Assembly (NCBI GenBank): GCA_030390025.1 | Contig: CM059448.1 | Location: 14,074,001-14,138,000, forward strand | DNA length: 64,000 nt | Reading direction: 5' to 3' | Origin: Squalus acanthias | Taxonomy: Eukaryota | Shown: in pieces, positions 37,715-51,294 of the stretch | Numbering within the stretch: the stretch's first letter is position 1 | Layout: every line of letters begins with the position of its first letter | The notes under the pieces: model-generated | Database searches by the model: none | Told to the model about the DNA's origin: nothing | Seen by the model: the letters and a program-made list of their open reading frames with translations, nothing else | Translations under genes and position numbers: made by a program

Positions 37715-38874
37715 CTGCAAGTACAGCAAGATAATAGTATTAATGAGCATGAAATTGTTCGTTGAGTAACAACACTTTACAAGCTTCTGCGAACAGTGTG
37801 GATTTTTTTTTTTTTAAAAACAAAAACTTGCCAGCGAAGAAGTTAACCAACCAATTCATGCTTCTACTGTCATACACCAAGTTATTCTGAACAATATGGC
37901 CCGACTGTGGGGATCATTTCTATTTTAACATCTTAAAAGTTCAAACCTAAAACTTTGTGATTTCCCCCTCCCTTAAAGGGGGTTACCATGGAACAAGAGC
38001 CGTTTTTTGGTCTAATAGGGTCCAAATTAAAAGCACCAAAACTATTTAACTACAGCTAGTAATACTAGATTTGTCCCAGAATTTGAGGAGCTCAGTATGG
38101 GATTGTGCAAGTTATGACTGCTTTAAATCAATAGGTTAATAAATGCAATTATCTAAAAAAGACTAGAAAAAGACTCTCAGGGATAAATTTACACTTATGA
38201 TTATGTTACTAGGCCTGCTAGTAGAACATTCAAGTGATTCAGTGAAGGGGAGAAAAGATGTGTTGATATCCTGATCAGGGACCCTGTGGTCAAAACATTA
38301 ATGTCCTCCAGCATTTTTAGCATCCTCTAGTGGCTAAAAATGTGCAATGCAGCGAGTCAATTTACTCCACATTTATTATAATTGGGACTCGGAATATTCT
38401 CTGTAGATAGTGGACCATGAGATTGCCAGCCTGGTAATTTGTCTTTCCCTGCAGTAATTGGAGATTTATAGCAGGTGCTTACAGCAGCCCAAGCTGAATC
38501 TCCCACTTTGCAGACCAGCTATTGAAAGGTAGCAGTAACTTTAATTTTCTGTGAATCTGTTCATAATGTAAGGTAGCCTTACCAGAAATGCCAACATGTC
38601 TTTCAATTTATCTTTTTGCAAAAAGTCAACCCCAGAGCAGTAATCTAAAACATTGTAATATCCCCTCCCTTAAAGACCCTGTGTCTGAATGCAAAACCTT
38701 GTTTATAGAACTGTAAAAATCCAATAAGTGCCACAGGTGAAAAGTACAGTGAACAACCTGAAAATGAGAAATGTAAAGACATCGCATGGATATGATTTGA
38801 TGTTCTTTCAGATGTACTCTTCTCACATTTTAAGTTGATACAGTGCCACTAGAATAGAAACTTTGATTTTGATT

Positions 38875-39140
38875 AGAATCGTAGAATCTTATAAAACCGG
38901 TGGTGTACATTTGGCCCATCATGCCTGTGCCAGCTCTCTGAAAGAGTTATCTGTCTAGACCCATTCCCTAACCTTTAGAAATGTTTCCTTTCCAAATATT
39001 TGTCCACTTCCCTTTTCATGCTCGGGAAGCTGCTTCTACTACTGTACCTGGCAGTGTCCTACCAATGTATACAAATGTTTCTCCTAATCTCTCCCTTCAT
39101 TCTTTTGGTGATGACTTTAAATTTATACACTCTAGTTACT
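38875..39140 (-). mobile_element. Old CR1-type 3' fragment
   Basis: (TAGAATC)-type tail plus GGCCCATCATGCCTGTGCCAGCTCT; related pieces near 45590-45685 (+), 48275-48440 and 59130-59240. Confidence 0.6.
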
Positions 39141-41599
39141 ACCTCAGATTACAGCTACACATTGTAATTGTATTAAGATTTTGAAAATACTTGCACAATA
39201 ACCTCATAGAATAGGTGAATTCACACTTAAATATAATATGGCTTTTTTATACTATGTGAATGTACACCTATATGTACGATAACTACATTGAATATGGACA
39301 ACATACTTTGAGAACCTAAAACTTGAATTTGACAGATTTATTAAGAATCCTGGTCTTTTCTACATCATTTCAGTAGACTGTTCATTCAACCTGCCTAGAT
39401 TGTCTGAATTTTGAATCAAAAGCATCAAAAGTTATATAGTTGAAAGCTTTAATATATTTTGTATATAGCAAACATTTACCCCCCCCAATCGGTTGAGTGC
39501 TGTCACTGGATTTATTTAACACATTGGTACCGACACCATATAGGAGAAATGATATGTAAGCTAATATACTTTAATACTTTTGTGCAACATAGCCCTATCG
39601 CTTTAAATTTTCTCACCAACAGTAATTCATCCTGATGTTACGTAGCTCAAAATACTCTTCTAGACACAGCCTAAATTTGGGGGGGAAAAAACTAATTGCA
39701 CTGTTCAGTTTCTCAAGTGTAAATATGAATGCCACAAAATATTTCACAGGCCCATGATTACACTATATTGAAATCCTAGTGAGAACATGGAGTTCCAAGA
39801 ACTGGAAGTGCACATCAAATAATGCAGATGTTTTAATAATTGTGTCAGAGTCTTCATTCAGCTGCATCATCTGACTAGGTCGGAAACATTCAAGATTAAC
39901 TGGTGTTTTGTGACAAAGGTGATGTAACTAAAATGGCAAGTGTATAGGTCAAGTCTGCCCTGCCGCTCATTTCCTTAATTCCTTCATTAAGCAAAGCTCC
40001 AGATAACATTGTACATCCTATTGATCTTAGCCACAATACTGAATAATTATGGGCCCTTTAGTTCATAATTTGAACATGTATGGAACCATAAAATGATTTA
40101 AAATCTATACAGAAAGGCATGTCATTTCATTAATCTTACTGTTATTTTTAAAACTTTTCTTTAAAGCTCCAAAATCTGAAGCATAATTCTCATCTGCATG
40201 CTTTTTCAATTCTAGTTTTTTTTTTAAAATATATATATTCCTTAGTGGAAAGAGATTAAAAGTGTTACAAATTAAGCTATTATTTGTTTGCAATTTATTA
40301 GACATTTATACGTATAAAGTAATCATATTTATTAATCCCACTTCATCTTAACAAATTGTTGGTTTTACGACCAATAAGCATTTCACCATCATCTCCGCAA
40401 AAAGTTCAAAATAATTAAATAAATTTTGTTTGAACAGTGAGTAACGAGAACGTGGGGGGAATGGTCTAATTTAGGGCAGACGTAGTATGACACAGTATGA
40501 CGCAGTCAGATCATACACAGTGACATTGAGAGAAAAAGAGCCAAAAGCACTTCTTTTAATATTAGTTACATTTTCTCACCTCAGCAGGCTCAGTCATCTC
40601 TCCCAAACCAACCTCCTTTGGATGACATCACTCAATATTTAAGATGAAAAATATTCACAAAGGTGGAGACAGACACTTTGTTTTTTTTTAAATTAAACAA
40701 CCATTTGATTCTTTAAAATATGAGCAATAATGGTAACAGGACTGGTTACGGATCCTATTTCACATTACCCAGTAAACTCCAGGGTATTCGGTCTCAGAGG
40801 TTGCTTTCTGCTACATTACCAAACAGATGTTTTTTTTCCATTAAAATCAGTTAAAGACAAAAAAAATCAAAACCTTTATCTACAGTAGCTTTTTCTTACA
40901 ACCTGTAGACAATAGATTATCCATATACACACACATTACTGGAAAGTCATCTTTATTCAGTTGTAAATCTGAAAGTTCAAAAAGGTGCTGTGGAGTAAAT
41001 TAAGCTTAAGAAGTGAATGCATTAAAGCATTTACAGAAGTGCCTTCTGAACATTCAATAGCTCACAATGGAGAACATGGGACAGGTAATGGCTGTACTTA
41101 ATATTAATCTACCATCGTACAAATACTGTATAATGTACCAACCTAATCACACTCTAAAATAACAGCATAAAAATGTATATTTTAAATACGCTTGGATGTT
41201 CAATCACAGGATGATTCAGTGTGCAATTACACATTTTCATCCTGCCAGAATCAATTCTAGAATGAATGAAAGACTCCTGCTTTTTTAAAGGGGGAAAAAA
41301 CTTTTAAAAGTTCCAGGACAGCAATGCAACAATCAAAGCTTGCATACTTCCTTATTAAATTCATTCATTTATGTACCATAAGGTAAGGGACACTAGTGCT
41401 GGAAAATAGGAAAAAATCTTGCACTTTTGATGCCGATCAGCATCACCCACTCCAAAAGCCAGCAATCATACAGGTTCTATTGTTCTCTGCTCTAACGTGC
41501 CTTAAAACCAACTTCTCAAGACCACTCCCTTTTCTGCATCATTGTGAGGGTTTCTATTTCCCCACACCAACCATTCTAATGGCCTGAGTGAGGCTGCCA

Positions 41600-41740
41600 A
41601 TTTAGTGCCAAAATGTGGGTGAATTTGCACCATGAACCTAAACCCACTAGGACTGTGGGCTGGGAATACGCAAAGGGACTTATAGCCAGAATAGACTTTT
41701 ATTCCATCAGTCTGGGCTGGATTTGAACCCAGATTGGCAA
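41600..41740 (-). mobile_element. Ancient SINE fragment (LF-SINE-like head)
   Basis: GGTTCAAATCCAGCCCAGAC B-box on the minus strand. Confidence 0.45.
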
Positions 41741-42199
41741 GTATACTAAATACAGTATCACTAAGTTCCCCAAAAATTAATTTTAAAATGTATTTTAATT
41801 TGAACACATGCATGTGGCTTCACGTTCATCATTCATTCACTTCATGGTAAACTGACATGCTCTGGGATTACACTAAATACCCCACCACTCATACCACCTG
41901 CATTCTCCATAGTGCACCTTAATTAGCGGTATCTTATAATATGGAATTATGCGGCATTCAGATGTTAGATATTGACAATTAGACTGTTTTTTTTTTAGGT
42001 GGGGGAAGCTAAAGAAGAGTTTGGTTGTTAATCTACATTTGGATTAAAATATATAGCATGGCTGTAATATAACCCTTCAGTTCAGATGACTGGGAGAAAA
42101 CATTTGCACTTTGCTCTTATGGTTTACAATAGCATACAAACCCAGTAACAGTCTTGTCATTTTCTTTTTAGTTTAAATCCACTCACCAAAAAAATTGTG

Positions 42200-42400
42200 T
42201 TACTGACAATAACGTGGCAGAGTGAGTTCAAACACTATTCATTCATCTCTGGACTCGGATTTGAATCCAGTCTTGGCAGTAAGGAGACTGAAGTATCTCC
42301 TTTCCCCACAGCTATTAAAAGGTCCCATGTGTTACAAGTTTAGTCAGCCTCGATCCAATTACCAATACACATGCATCCACATCACTAAACCACTTTCAGA
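42200..42400 (+). mobile_element. Ancient SINE fragment (LF-SINE-like)
   Basis: TTTGAATCCAGTC...TCCACATCACTAAACCAC resembles LF-SINE as I recall it. Confidence 0.4.
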
Positions 42401-42944
42401 GAAGATATTCTGAAAAAAATGAAACAGCTCTTAAAGTTCTTTTCTCATTTAGACTTGCAGGCACTTGACAAATGCAGCTGTCGGATTTAAAGCTACATTT
42501 GATAAATATAACAAGACACCGTCCTTAATCCTGTCGACATAGTATTTGCCCATTTGCTGTGCTTATTTGTACAGCATGCATGAAAGGGGGACATGCACAC
42601 CATTCAGAATCCATGCTATTCAAACACCGACCATTACTTACAACATTGCTTTTTTCCCTCAGAGCTAAAATCAATCTGCAATGGGTCAATCCAAGTATTT
42701 CAGGCAATTTCTGATCGGGTGCCTCAAACTGCGATAAATGCATATCCAGTATACTCAAATTCCTGAAATAAGTCTAGTTCGACAAAGTTCTAGACTTTCT
42801 TTTGGTAGTGGTATACCTGTCCTGATTAATATATAGGCCTAATTACAACAAAGGTTTTGTAGCCTACCTCAACTATTGTACATGATTGCATGAAGAGGAG
42901 ACTAGTAGAAAATAAGCTGAAGGCCAAGAGCATTTAGGAAAAAA

Positions 42945-43215
42945 AAGACCCCAGGTTTGATACCCAGTCTGTGCTGAGTTAGCCGAGGTGTACAACTAAC
43001 ATTCACTTCTCTGGGCTAGGGAGAAGGGAAAAAAAGCCAGTATACTCATTTCTAATTGCTATCCAGTGACACCTGCTGGAAAGAGTGCACATCAGGGAAA
43101 GGTAGGCTTGGGCCCAGCTGAGGTGCCTGCTATGGCGAGTAGCCTGCCAACACTCGTTGTCTAGGCTCAGATGTGCAAATTGGTCATTTGGACAAAGTAC
43201 CAAAGGATGGCTGAC
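42945..43215 (+). mobile_element. Old tRNA-head SINE-like repeat
   Basis: Similar to 44345-44660, 770-990 and 33720-33950. Confidence 0.55.
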
Positions 43216-44344
43216 TGTCTGTAAAAATTTGTACGATTGCAAGGGACAGCATTTTGAAGCAGGGAAGGGGAGAAAATCTGGAAAGAAAATTCAACACCTC
43301 AAATTTTCATCTCACATTTACACGTTCAGTGAACAATGGTGAAAGACCAGGCACTCAGGATATAGTCGTCAGCAATCATGCTTATGAGACCGCCAATTCC
43401 AAACTAAAATAAGTCATGTTCTGAGCACGCCACAGACCATATAATTAGCACTCTGGAAAAGGATGTTTAACAACCAACCTTCACGGAAAATTAAACAGTC
43501 CTTGGACTCAGAGTACAATGCATCTTCATAGCTGTGAAAATAGTTCAACTAGCCAAAACAAGGTCACACAAAGTTAAGACAAATAGCCATGATAAAAACT
43601 ATTAAAAATGATTCTTACCTTAGTTGATGTCTAGTTTTTATAATGTATTGCAGTTAGGGTAGCAAGTTAAATCCACTTTAAAACCAAAATGTACCTTGTT
43701 TGTGCCTCCTGCTCTAAAGCATTAAGCTGGAACAAGCTTTGATATTAAATCTCTCCTCTTGTCTTGGTAGCTAGCAACTATGTTTAGGAAACATGTCAAA
43801 AGAACCAATAGGCTGATGAATAACAGAAATGTATTGAAACTGATCCATTTACGGCAGAATTAAACTGCCTGAACTCCCGAGCAGCACATATTCCATTCTT
43901 GCACAGCTGCCCCCGCAGTACACACACAGTTAAATACCCACATGTTTCTTATCCTCATCAGATAATGGGAGTGCACTACAACCAAAAGCTTTTCCAAAAA
44001 TGGATAGGTTTTTCAGTTGTCGAAAGTCTGTTGGCTGCAACAACATGCACTCCCCACAGTAAGCACATTCCTATCACATTTCCTTACTAAAACTGTATAA
44101 TTGAATTTTGCTGATTATCATGCAGCTGGTTCCAGGATTACACTACATTATACGCTTTCTTCACAAGAGTATTAATTTAAGACAAAAAGTGATTTTAAGC
44201 AATTAGTGATCTGTTCTGACAAAACTAAGTTTAAAAAATGCTTAGTAGATTGCGAACTTTTCAGTAACTCACAACCCCAAATAACTTGGTAATACTGCTC
44301 AAAAATGATATCCAATGGTGTATTTAGTATATTAAGACATCCAT

Positions 44345-44660
44345 GAGATGAGCTCGGATGGCTCAGTTGGTGAATGCACTGGTTAGTGTGGACCAGAATA
44401 GCACAGATCTAGAAGATCAAGTTCAATAGCTGGTCTATGCTGACTGGAGGCAAGTAAGCTGCAACTGGCCTCAGCACCCGTGAGCTAGCGAATGGAGAAA
44501 AAGACCGTCAGGACTTCTGCTCCCGATAATCATCCAAGAACACCTGCTGGAAACTATGTGAATACAGACATACAGATGCTCAATGAAGACAGAATCAGGC
44601 TGGGCTGGGCTATATCCTTCTTGGATGAATAGCTTGAAACATTCAACAAGAGTAGTTCTG
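44345..44660 (+). mobile_element. Old tRNA-head SINE-like repeat
   Basis: A-box TGGCTCAGTTGG, B-box-like GTTCAATAGC; body shared with 42945. Confidence 0.55.
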
Positions 44661-46666
44661 GAGGGCATTAGTGGGGGAGGGGAGGAAAGGGAGGAGGAGA
44701 GTGAAGAGAAAGGTAGGGAGAGGGAGAAATGTCTTCCATGATGAAGAAGCCACTACCTGCTACACATTCTAAATATTAGATGACTGTACAAGTTATACAT
44801 TTAGACATACCGACTTCATAAGTTCTGCATAGCAGCAAGTACTGGTTACTATCAAATCTGAACTAAAATAAATTATTAAAGGGGTAAAATCAATTTATGG
44901 AATATGCCAGACGGTATAGAACTGAAAACATCTCAATTTTCACTTGTAGTTTGAAACATAAGTAGGTATCTCTGCACTCTTACAGAAACTATAATATGAC
45001 CTTGAATTGCTATCTTGCATCTCTTTGTCAACACAAACTTCAAAGCTGTTCCCATGGGCTCTCAAGATCATTAACTGCACATCACACAGCCAAAAGCTTA
45101 ATTCAGAAGGAGGAGCAGATTTTACTGCTAGACTGAAAACTGTAATACTGATACTTCTATGAAATATTTTTGTTCCAACAGGTCTGATTAAAGACATGGA
45201 GAAAATTAGCATTTGCAAACTGTTAAACACAAGATTCTTGCATCTTCATTTTACAGATAACTTAAAACATTCAGCTCAAGTTACTCGTCCCTTTAATAAC
45301 ATCCAAATTTTACTTCTGCAGCAGTAAGGTGATGAACCCCAATACTCCAGTTTGGCTCACATCGGCTGCACCAGCTCCTGCACAGCCTGTCCTCACCAAA
45401 TCCTGCTGCCAGTTGGCTGCCACCTTGCTGCCTACTCTGGGTTTAACAACGGCAAGACATAAAAATTGCACACATCAGTAAAGAAAACATGTGACTGCCA
45501 TACAGAGGCATGGGGAGACAATTCGGTGACAAATTAGGGCCAGTGGAGTGCCTCACTGTCAACTAGGTAGAGACTAAACAATCTGATTGTGCAGGGCTAT
45601 GGGAATAATTGGATCGCTCTTTCAAAGAGCCGGCACAGGTACGATGGGACAAATGGCCTCCTTCTGTGCTGTATGATTCTATAACGGAGTACTGCAAAGC
45701 ATTAAGAAAATGGAACGCTCAAAGGGACGCCATTTAAAATAGTAATTTAATTCCCGACTTCAGTACATTAACTCTACTGCACTCTGGCTAGTAAAAATAT
45801 TTTAGTTTTAAACAGTACATATTTCTGTGTGAATGGATAGAAAATGTGACCAATGCAAATATTTCCTGTTGTACAACACAAAAATAAAAACACTTTCACC
45901 ACAATGCACATTTCCATTCTTAATGACTATTCAGTGCCCCCTGTTAGAAGATCGTGTGAAGATATCCTGGGCGGACAGAGTTGGCGGTGATGCTGTCGGA
46001 GAACCATACCCCAGTAACGAGGCTATGCTTTCAAAAGAGGCAGTGGGGAAGAAAATTGACAAGAAAACTACTCACACATTTTTCCAAGTATCAGAACCAT
46101 GCCTCAATTCAAGAGCTACTTTCTGATCTTCTCACCCACATCATTCTGTACACCGTGAAGGTAGACAAAAATGTATCTGTATCTATAAGATTAAATTGGG
46201 ATAAGAAGAAAATTTTGCTATTGTATGAAGAAACCTGTTCTAGATCGCTGGACTTGCCCATGGTTTCTGTAGTTTCTTTCCTTCACACTCCACATGGAGT
46301 GCTCAATAACGCGAGTGATGGGAATAATGCAGAATGGAACACTTTTGACAACCGGCATGGTGCAACAGTATTTTAAACTCAAGTCAGAAGACCATCAACT
46401 ACATAATAATAGTTCTACTTTCCATATTAGCCATCCTTATGGCCTTAAGTAAATTTGCTAATTCAATACCTAGTGTTAAATTATGGGTAGTTTGAGACTG
46501 TTGAGTTGCTCCTAGTAGGAAATGAGGTGAAAATACCCAACCTTATTGCACATATGATCATTACAGCAAGCAGATCACACACTCCCACTCCACATACCAC
46601 TGCTAAATATTAAAAAAGGTCCATAGTTTCACATTTACAGCAAAAATGCATGAACTTTCCACATAC

Positions 46667-46739
46667 CTGCATCATTCTCACGTCGATCAACTTCATCGTA
46701 AACATCCATTGCAAGTTCTTCAAAAAGGCGGTTATTCAG
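46667..46739 (-). CDS. GIT1: GIT1 exon LNNRLFEELAMDVYDEVDRRENDA (SHD1)
   Basis: gcacag|CTGAAT...GATGCAG|gtatgt; 73 nt, phase 0/1; RRENDA is GIT1-type (GIT2 has RRETDA). Confidence 0.97.
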
Positions 46740-48534
46740 CTGTGCAGAAAGAAAATGGAATGTATAGTAATTTATAAACTTCAAGCGTCTTTTGCAAAGA
46801 ATTGTCCAAACTGAAACCATGTAGTTTTGTACTTCATTGATGCATTTCAAAGGAAGGCTTGCACGGGCCTGTATTATCTTTATGCTATACAAGCCATGCA
46901 CCAACACACCCATAATCAACTGAGGGAAGACTAACAACTTATGTTAAAGCATTAGGTGTATACCATTTCTGTTCGAGAAAATTAAAAACCACAGCATCTT
47001 TTTCTGTGTGCACAGGCCACATTTTAAGTTTTCACTTAAAAACTGCTAATTTTAATTACTGTATTTAACTTTGCCACAAAGGTCTTTAAAGATATTAGAC
47101 AATATTTTCTAGTTCATAATTCAAGGGCAACTGAAAATACTTAATGGTGGGATTGTCCAACTCCAGTTTGGCTCGGTAAAGCAGACATAGCTGATCTGCT
47201 GGTGGGGGAATTAAAAACAGATAGCGCTGCCGACTCCTGCGGCAGGAGTGCAGTGGGTTGTCATGCACCTCCCACTGTGAGAACTATGTTATTTTTATTC
47301 CTTCCCCCTTCCAAGACTTAGTTCTTTCTGCCAGTAGGTTTCTCAAAGGGAGTGCTTTTTTTTGTACTCCCTCAGCTGAGAGCCAGAGAGATTGTTGCTG
47401 ACCTGCTGTGTGTTTGCAGCTTTATCCTGTTTTAGATTTCCAGCTTTTGTCACATTTTGCTTTTTGCTGCTGTTGGAGCCATGCTAAACAGCCCTTACAA
47501 AGGCTCACACAGAGCCCGAGTATGCCAGCACTTTGCCTGCCCAACAGCCTGCTTCTCCTAATAGGGGCCTGCCTATGCCCCAGTTCTGCTGCCTCTAACC
47601 CACCTGCCTGAGTTTCCATGCTGCTGCCTCTCCTCGCTCCCTCCCCCTGTGGTTGCAGATATAAAGAGTAAAAACAGAAGAGTAAGAGGAACAATAAAAA
47701 GGGAAAGTGAATAGTAAGAAAAAGCACACACACAAAAGTTGGAAATGGTGTAATCCAAAGACACTGGGAGCTGAACAAAGACCACTGGCATCCAGTTTTC
47801 ACAGAACAATGAAGAGAATCGTAGAATGAGATTTACAAAAACACCAGTAAAACCACAAAATCTCCTGTAATAAAAAGGGAGGTTGACTTATTCAGTCACT
47901 GTAAACCTGAGGACATAATTGTGATTTTTTTGGACTCAAACGGGTATTGATCATATGTGGTCCATTTACTTGTTATGGCACATGGATCTGGCCTGCTGCT
48001 CCAAAAGGTTGGACATCACTTATTTACACAGAACCGTGTTTCTGGTACATCTTATAATTTTACAAGGCAAAACCTATGTGACAGGTTTTTGAATAAATTT
48101 ACAAAGAACTTAATATTGCCAATAGGTGGCCTTGTGTACCATCATGCTGTGCCATGGAGGGTAGGGCACAGATCTGTGTCCACTTTTCACTCATATGCCA
48201 AGCTACCCACTGCAACCGCTTCAACAGAGGATGCACCAAACAGAAAGCAGCAAGAAAGAAAAGACAAGCAAAGCCCATGTAGAACCACAGAAGTCTACAG
48301 CACAGAAGGCAGCCATTCAGCCTATAGTATTTGCGCTGGCTCTTTGATAGATGAATCCTAGTCTGAATGGCCTGGTATTTCCTCATTTCTCCACATCTTC
48401 CTCTACTTCAAATAACTATTTAATTTTTCATTAAAAAATACAATGATCATTATCTGGCCATCAAGTCTATACTTCTATTATTTCAACTCACTCAGCCTAT
48501 GATCCAATCTAAAAATCAAGCCGTCAGGAGAGTT

Positions 48535-48991
48535 AAGAAAAACTTGCATTTATAAAGCGCCTTTCATGACCAGACGTCTCAAAAGCACTTTACAGGCAAT
48601 GAAGTACTTTTTGAAGGGTAGTCACTGTTGTAATGTAGGAAACGCGGCAACCAATTTGCGCACAGCAAGCCCCCACAAACAGCAATGTGATAATGACCAG
48701 ATAATCTGTTTTTGTTATGTTGATTGAGGGATAAATATTGGCCAGGACACCGGGGATAACTCCCCTGCTCTTCTTCAAAATAGTGCCGCGGGATCTTTAA
48801 CATCCACCCGAGAGGGCAGACGGGGCCTCGGTTTAACGTCTCATCTGAAAGACAGGCACCTCCGACAGTGCAGCACTCCCTCAATACTGCACTGGAGTGT
48901 CAGCCTAGATTTTTGTGCTCAAGTCTCTGGAGTGGGATATGAACCCACAACCTTCCGACTCAGAGGCAAGAGTGCCACCCAAAGCTGACAC
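48535..48991 (-). mobile_element. Near full-length SacSINE1-like DeuSINE
   Basis: tRNA-like head (GGTTCATATCCC), Deu-like core, L2-type tail GGCGCTTTATAAATGCAAG. Confidence 0.88.
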
Positions 48992-50698
48992 TACCATACC
49001 TGGTAAATCACTTCAAACATTTATCACCCCATGCGTAAAAGCATTTTTCAAATAAGTTATAAATGTATTTTTCACCAATTTAAGTTAATTTGATATTCAG
49101 AGCTGTATGAGATCTTAAGTTTTGTCTTCCAAATGTTAATGCTTTTCAAAAACTTGATGATTACAAATACAGACCACATATAAAATATATTACAGTTCTC
49201 TTACATAAAACTAAACTAATGCTCTCTATTACCAGGTTGGCTTTTTTGTTTTAGGAAGAGTACACAAGAAGTACTTGTATATCATTGATTGGCTCCATTG
49301 AATGCTTTTCAAAAGGCTTAAGCACACATTCATAAGACATTATAGCCTAACTAAAGCCAAATGTGAGGTGTTCACAGCAAACACAAGCAGTCACCAGAAA
49401 AGGCAGAAAGGCACTCCCTTCCAAATGGCTCTACCCAGTGCACTACCTAGAGTGGTGCTGAAATCACATATCTATGTGATCTTCTCTGGTGGTGCTAAGG
49501 ATGCTACACCATTTGCCTCTACACCTCAAGGTGTGGTTCTAGGGTTCCTGGCCACTCTCCAGCGGCCCCTAGCAGAAAAATGCAAAAGTGCATGCGTGAA
49601 TGTTGAGAGGATAGGATCAGTCTGTGATTGGGGCCCACCACCCCCCTTCCAAACTCACATGAATAGAGGCCACTTCGGAAAGGTACCAGAAGGCACCTGC
49701 TGTGAACCATAGGAGAAGAGAAGAGGATGGGACAAAAAAGGGAGGGAGAAGAAAAAGGCAGCAAATTTTTAGATCAGTCATAAAATCAGTAGGAGATCGT
49801 ACTGCATCTCCACAATATTGACAAAACTCAGATTCCAGATCATTTTGGTAGAAAATGTGGCCTTACAATATCAAACGTGTGGGAGTCTGTGGCCACTGAT
49901 GGTGGCTCCTAAACTCTGCGGCAATAATCACGTGAAAGGTTAAGTTTTTGCTGTGGAAATACTTAGATTCAGATGAATACAAAAGAGTCAAATTTATCAC
50001 CTTTAAGGTTTTCTGCCAGGACAACTATTTCAGCTACAGTTACCAGAAGGCGGCAAAAGGCACACAGTGCAAAAATCAATGCGGAAGAAACACCACAAAA
50101 AAAGCTTCAAGTGCAATAGAGGCACGCAATATTTATTTAATTTTCATAAGAGGCTGAAAAGATAACGTAGGCTTGAAGGCTCGCAGCACCTTCATACAAT
50201 ACCTTGAGATATATGTCCAAATAAAGGGTACTGTGTCAAGCTGAACTAGATTATTTTACAAACATTTTTTGCAAAGATTTTGCGGTTTTAACACGCTAAA
50301 ATCCACTGCAATTTTTTCCAAATATATATTAATATTTTGTACCATTATTTAATTATTGAATATTAATCCTGGTGAACAAAGTAAATTACTGCAGCTAATT
50401 AAAACAAACACTGGAGAGTTTATATTGTAACCATGTAAAATGCTGGAAATACAACAGTTGTGACAAAGGAGTCTCTAGCTGAAATGTTAACCTGTCTTTT
50501 CAGATGCTGACTGACATGTTGTGTATTTCCAGCATTTTCTGTTTTTATTTGATTTTTATATTTGTTATCCATAAAAGGTAATTCCAGTATATACAGGCAA
50601 CTTAATCTGCGTAATATTTATACAAGGAAAGTCCAGTAGTCGGGGAGAAAAAATGTTATTCATAACAATACGGAAGTAATTGTTTATTCATAACTTAC

Positions 50699-50750
50699 TG
50701 CTTGAAGTTTCTTTTTGGCAGCCTTAGCCAGTTCTGACAAGTCCAAGCTA
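50699..50750 (-). CDS. GIT1: GIT1 exon (S)SLDLSELAKAAKKKLQA, start of SHD1; 52 or 49 nt through a tandem acceptor
   Basis: ttctcttcag|tag|CTTGGAC...CAAGCA|gtaagt; translation matches GIT1. Confidence 0.96.
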
Positions 50751-51235
50751 CTGAAGAGAAACATGAAAGAAACCATAACTCAGGCACCAGGTCAACGAAA
50801 ACATGCATCTATAACAGAAGTATTCTCACTTTTACAGGGAGCTTGGTAAAAACACCTCCAAAGAACTAATGTTTCCATAAATCTGTTCATCACAGATGTT
50901 CACAAATTTAGAATACAAGCAAAGTGACTGAAAACATTTGAAAGTACAGCAATGTCCTAAAACAACATAAAACTGAGTTTTGTGGTGGGCTAGCTTTAAA
51001 TAGTCATTGCAAAGCACATAACTTAAAACAGAGATGTATTAAGGTTACCCCATGGCTGTAGAACTGAAATACTGCAAAATCGTACTACTCAAGCAATTTT
51101 ACTCAATGACAGCCGACAACCAAGTACCATGAGAACAGCAGCCATCGTCAATAATATCCTGCTAATTATAAAATACTGTTCTGATGCCCAGTTGAACGAA
51201 TCACTTACTGGAATGAGGAATAGTTTGTAATTATG

Positions 51236-51237
51236 AA

Positions 51238-51268
<31 letters not shown>

Positions 51269-51294
51269 ATATATATATATTTTTTTTTTTTTTT
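51236..51294. repeat. (AT)/(ATAGAT) microsatellite plus poly-T
   Basis: Direct reading. Confidence 0.9.

Noticed and set aside
48890-48991. tRNA gene
   Set aside because: tRNA-derived SINE head with no full cloverleaf
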